From: Octopus sinensis
Lineage: Eukaryota
DNA: 64,000 nucleotides
Direction: 5' to 3'
Assembly (NCBI RefSeq): GCF_006345805.1
Contig: NC_042998.1
Location: 125,178,001 to 125,242,000 of the forward strand
The notes below the pieces were generated by a model, which saw only the letters and a program-made list of their open reading frames with translations, was not told the origin of the DNA and searched no databases. Below, in pieces: positions 63,432 through 64,000 of the stretch (its first letter is position 1; each line of letters starts with the position of its first letter). The position numbers were made by a program, and so were the translations under genes.

Positions 63432-64000
63432 TTCCAAATATAAATGTACAACTATTCATGCTATTTTAGCATCGTTTAGTCATTGCGCCTTCTCACATCT
63501 CCATTGAAACATTCCCTCTACCCTTATTCATCCACTTAACAAAAAAAAAATTACTTCCTATTGCTGCAATAAAAACTGAGTTTGAATGGAATAGCCTTCA
63601 TTAAGAAAAATATGAAAGCACATTTGCAAATTATATTAAATTAGGAATTTCACCTAATAATTTACATATTAGATTAAGATTTTGCCAAACGCTTTGGTCG
63701 ATTTTGATCGATGCTGTATTTATTATTAATTCGATTGATAATGGAATATGCATATCATGTGTATTGATGCATTAAGAAAATTATTCTAAATATTCTGATT
63801 ATTATCGCTGTTTCCGATGTAAAAGGAAAAAAATATTGCCCATAGTCCATGGACAGCACTCGTGAATCAAAGGTAGAGAAGAGTGTTTATGAGATTGCAG
63901 CGGTTAATGGGAAGGTTGAAAAATTTAAGGTTAATGTATTGAAAGAATGCGTAGAAGAGAAATATATTCTATGGACTGGCAGCGCAATAAATGAAGGATT

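Overview
AT-rich, microsatellite-dense eukaryotic genomic DNA. The SINE families look like those of Octopus, but this is inferred from recalled repeat consensus and not verified. The only host gene evidence is two phase-compatible + strand coding exons (32075-32843 and 57588-57984) separated by a 24.7-kb GT-AG intron, encoding an unidentified, largely helical-looking protein. The rest is a TE graveyard: several L1/Tx1-clade LINE relics, a HERO-like restriction-endonuclease non-LTR fragment, jockey/CR1-group LINE fragments, two mariner relics, Tigger/pogo-like and hAT-like MITEs, and three SINE families. The standout is a 7,085-bp minus-strand composite (22753-29837) bounded by a perfect 19-bp direct repeat. 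It holds three head-to-tail Tx1-family units. First, a 1.6-kb ORF1-only element (gag-like, no APE/RT) flanked by a perfect 24-bp duplication inside the 5'UTR. Second, a decayed ORF1+ORF2 Tx1 LINE. Third, the 3' half of a second, divergent ORF1-only element. The two ORF1-only units share an ORF1 C-terminal domain, a 3'UTR hairpin position and an AATAAAGAAA terminus. This suggests a HAL1-like non-autonomous, protein-coding Tx1 derivative family that may insert into the 5'UTR of its own relatives. No database searches could be run; unmarked TE boundaries are approximate unless TSDs or TIRs are quoted.
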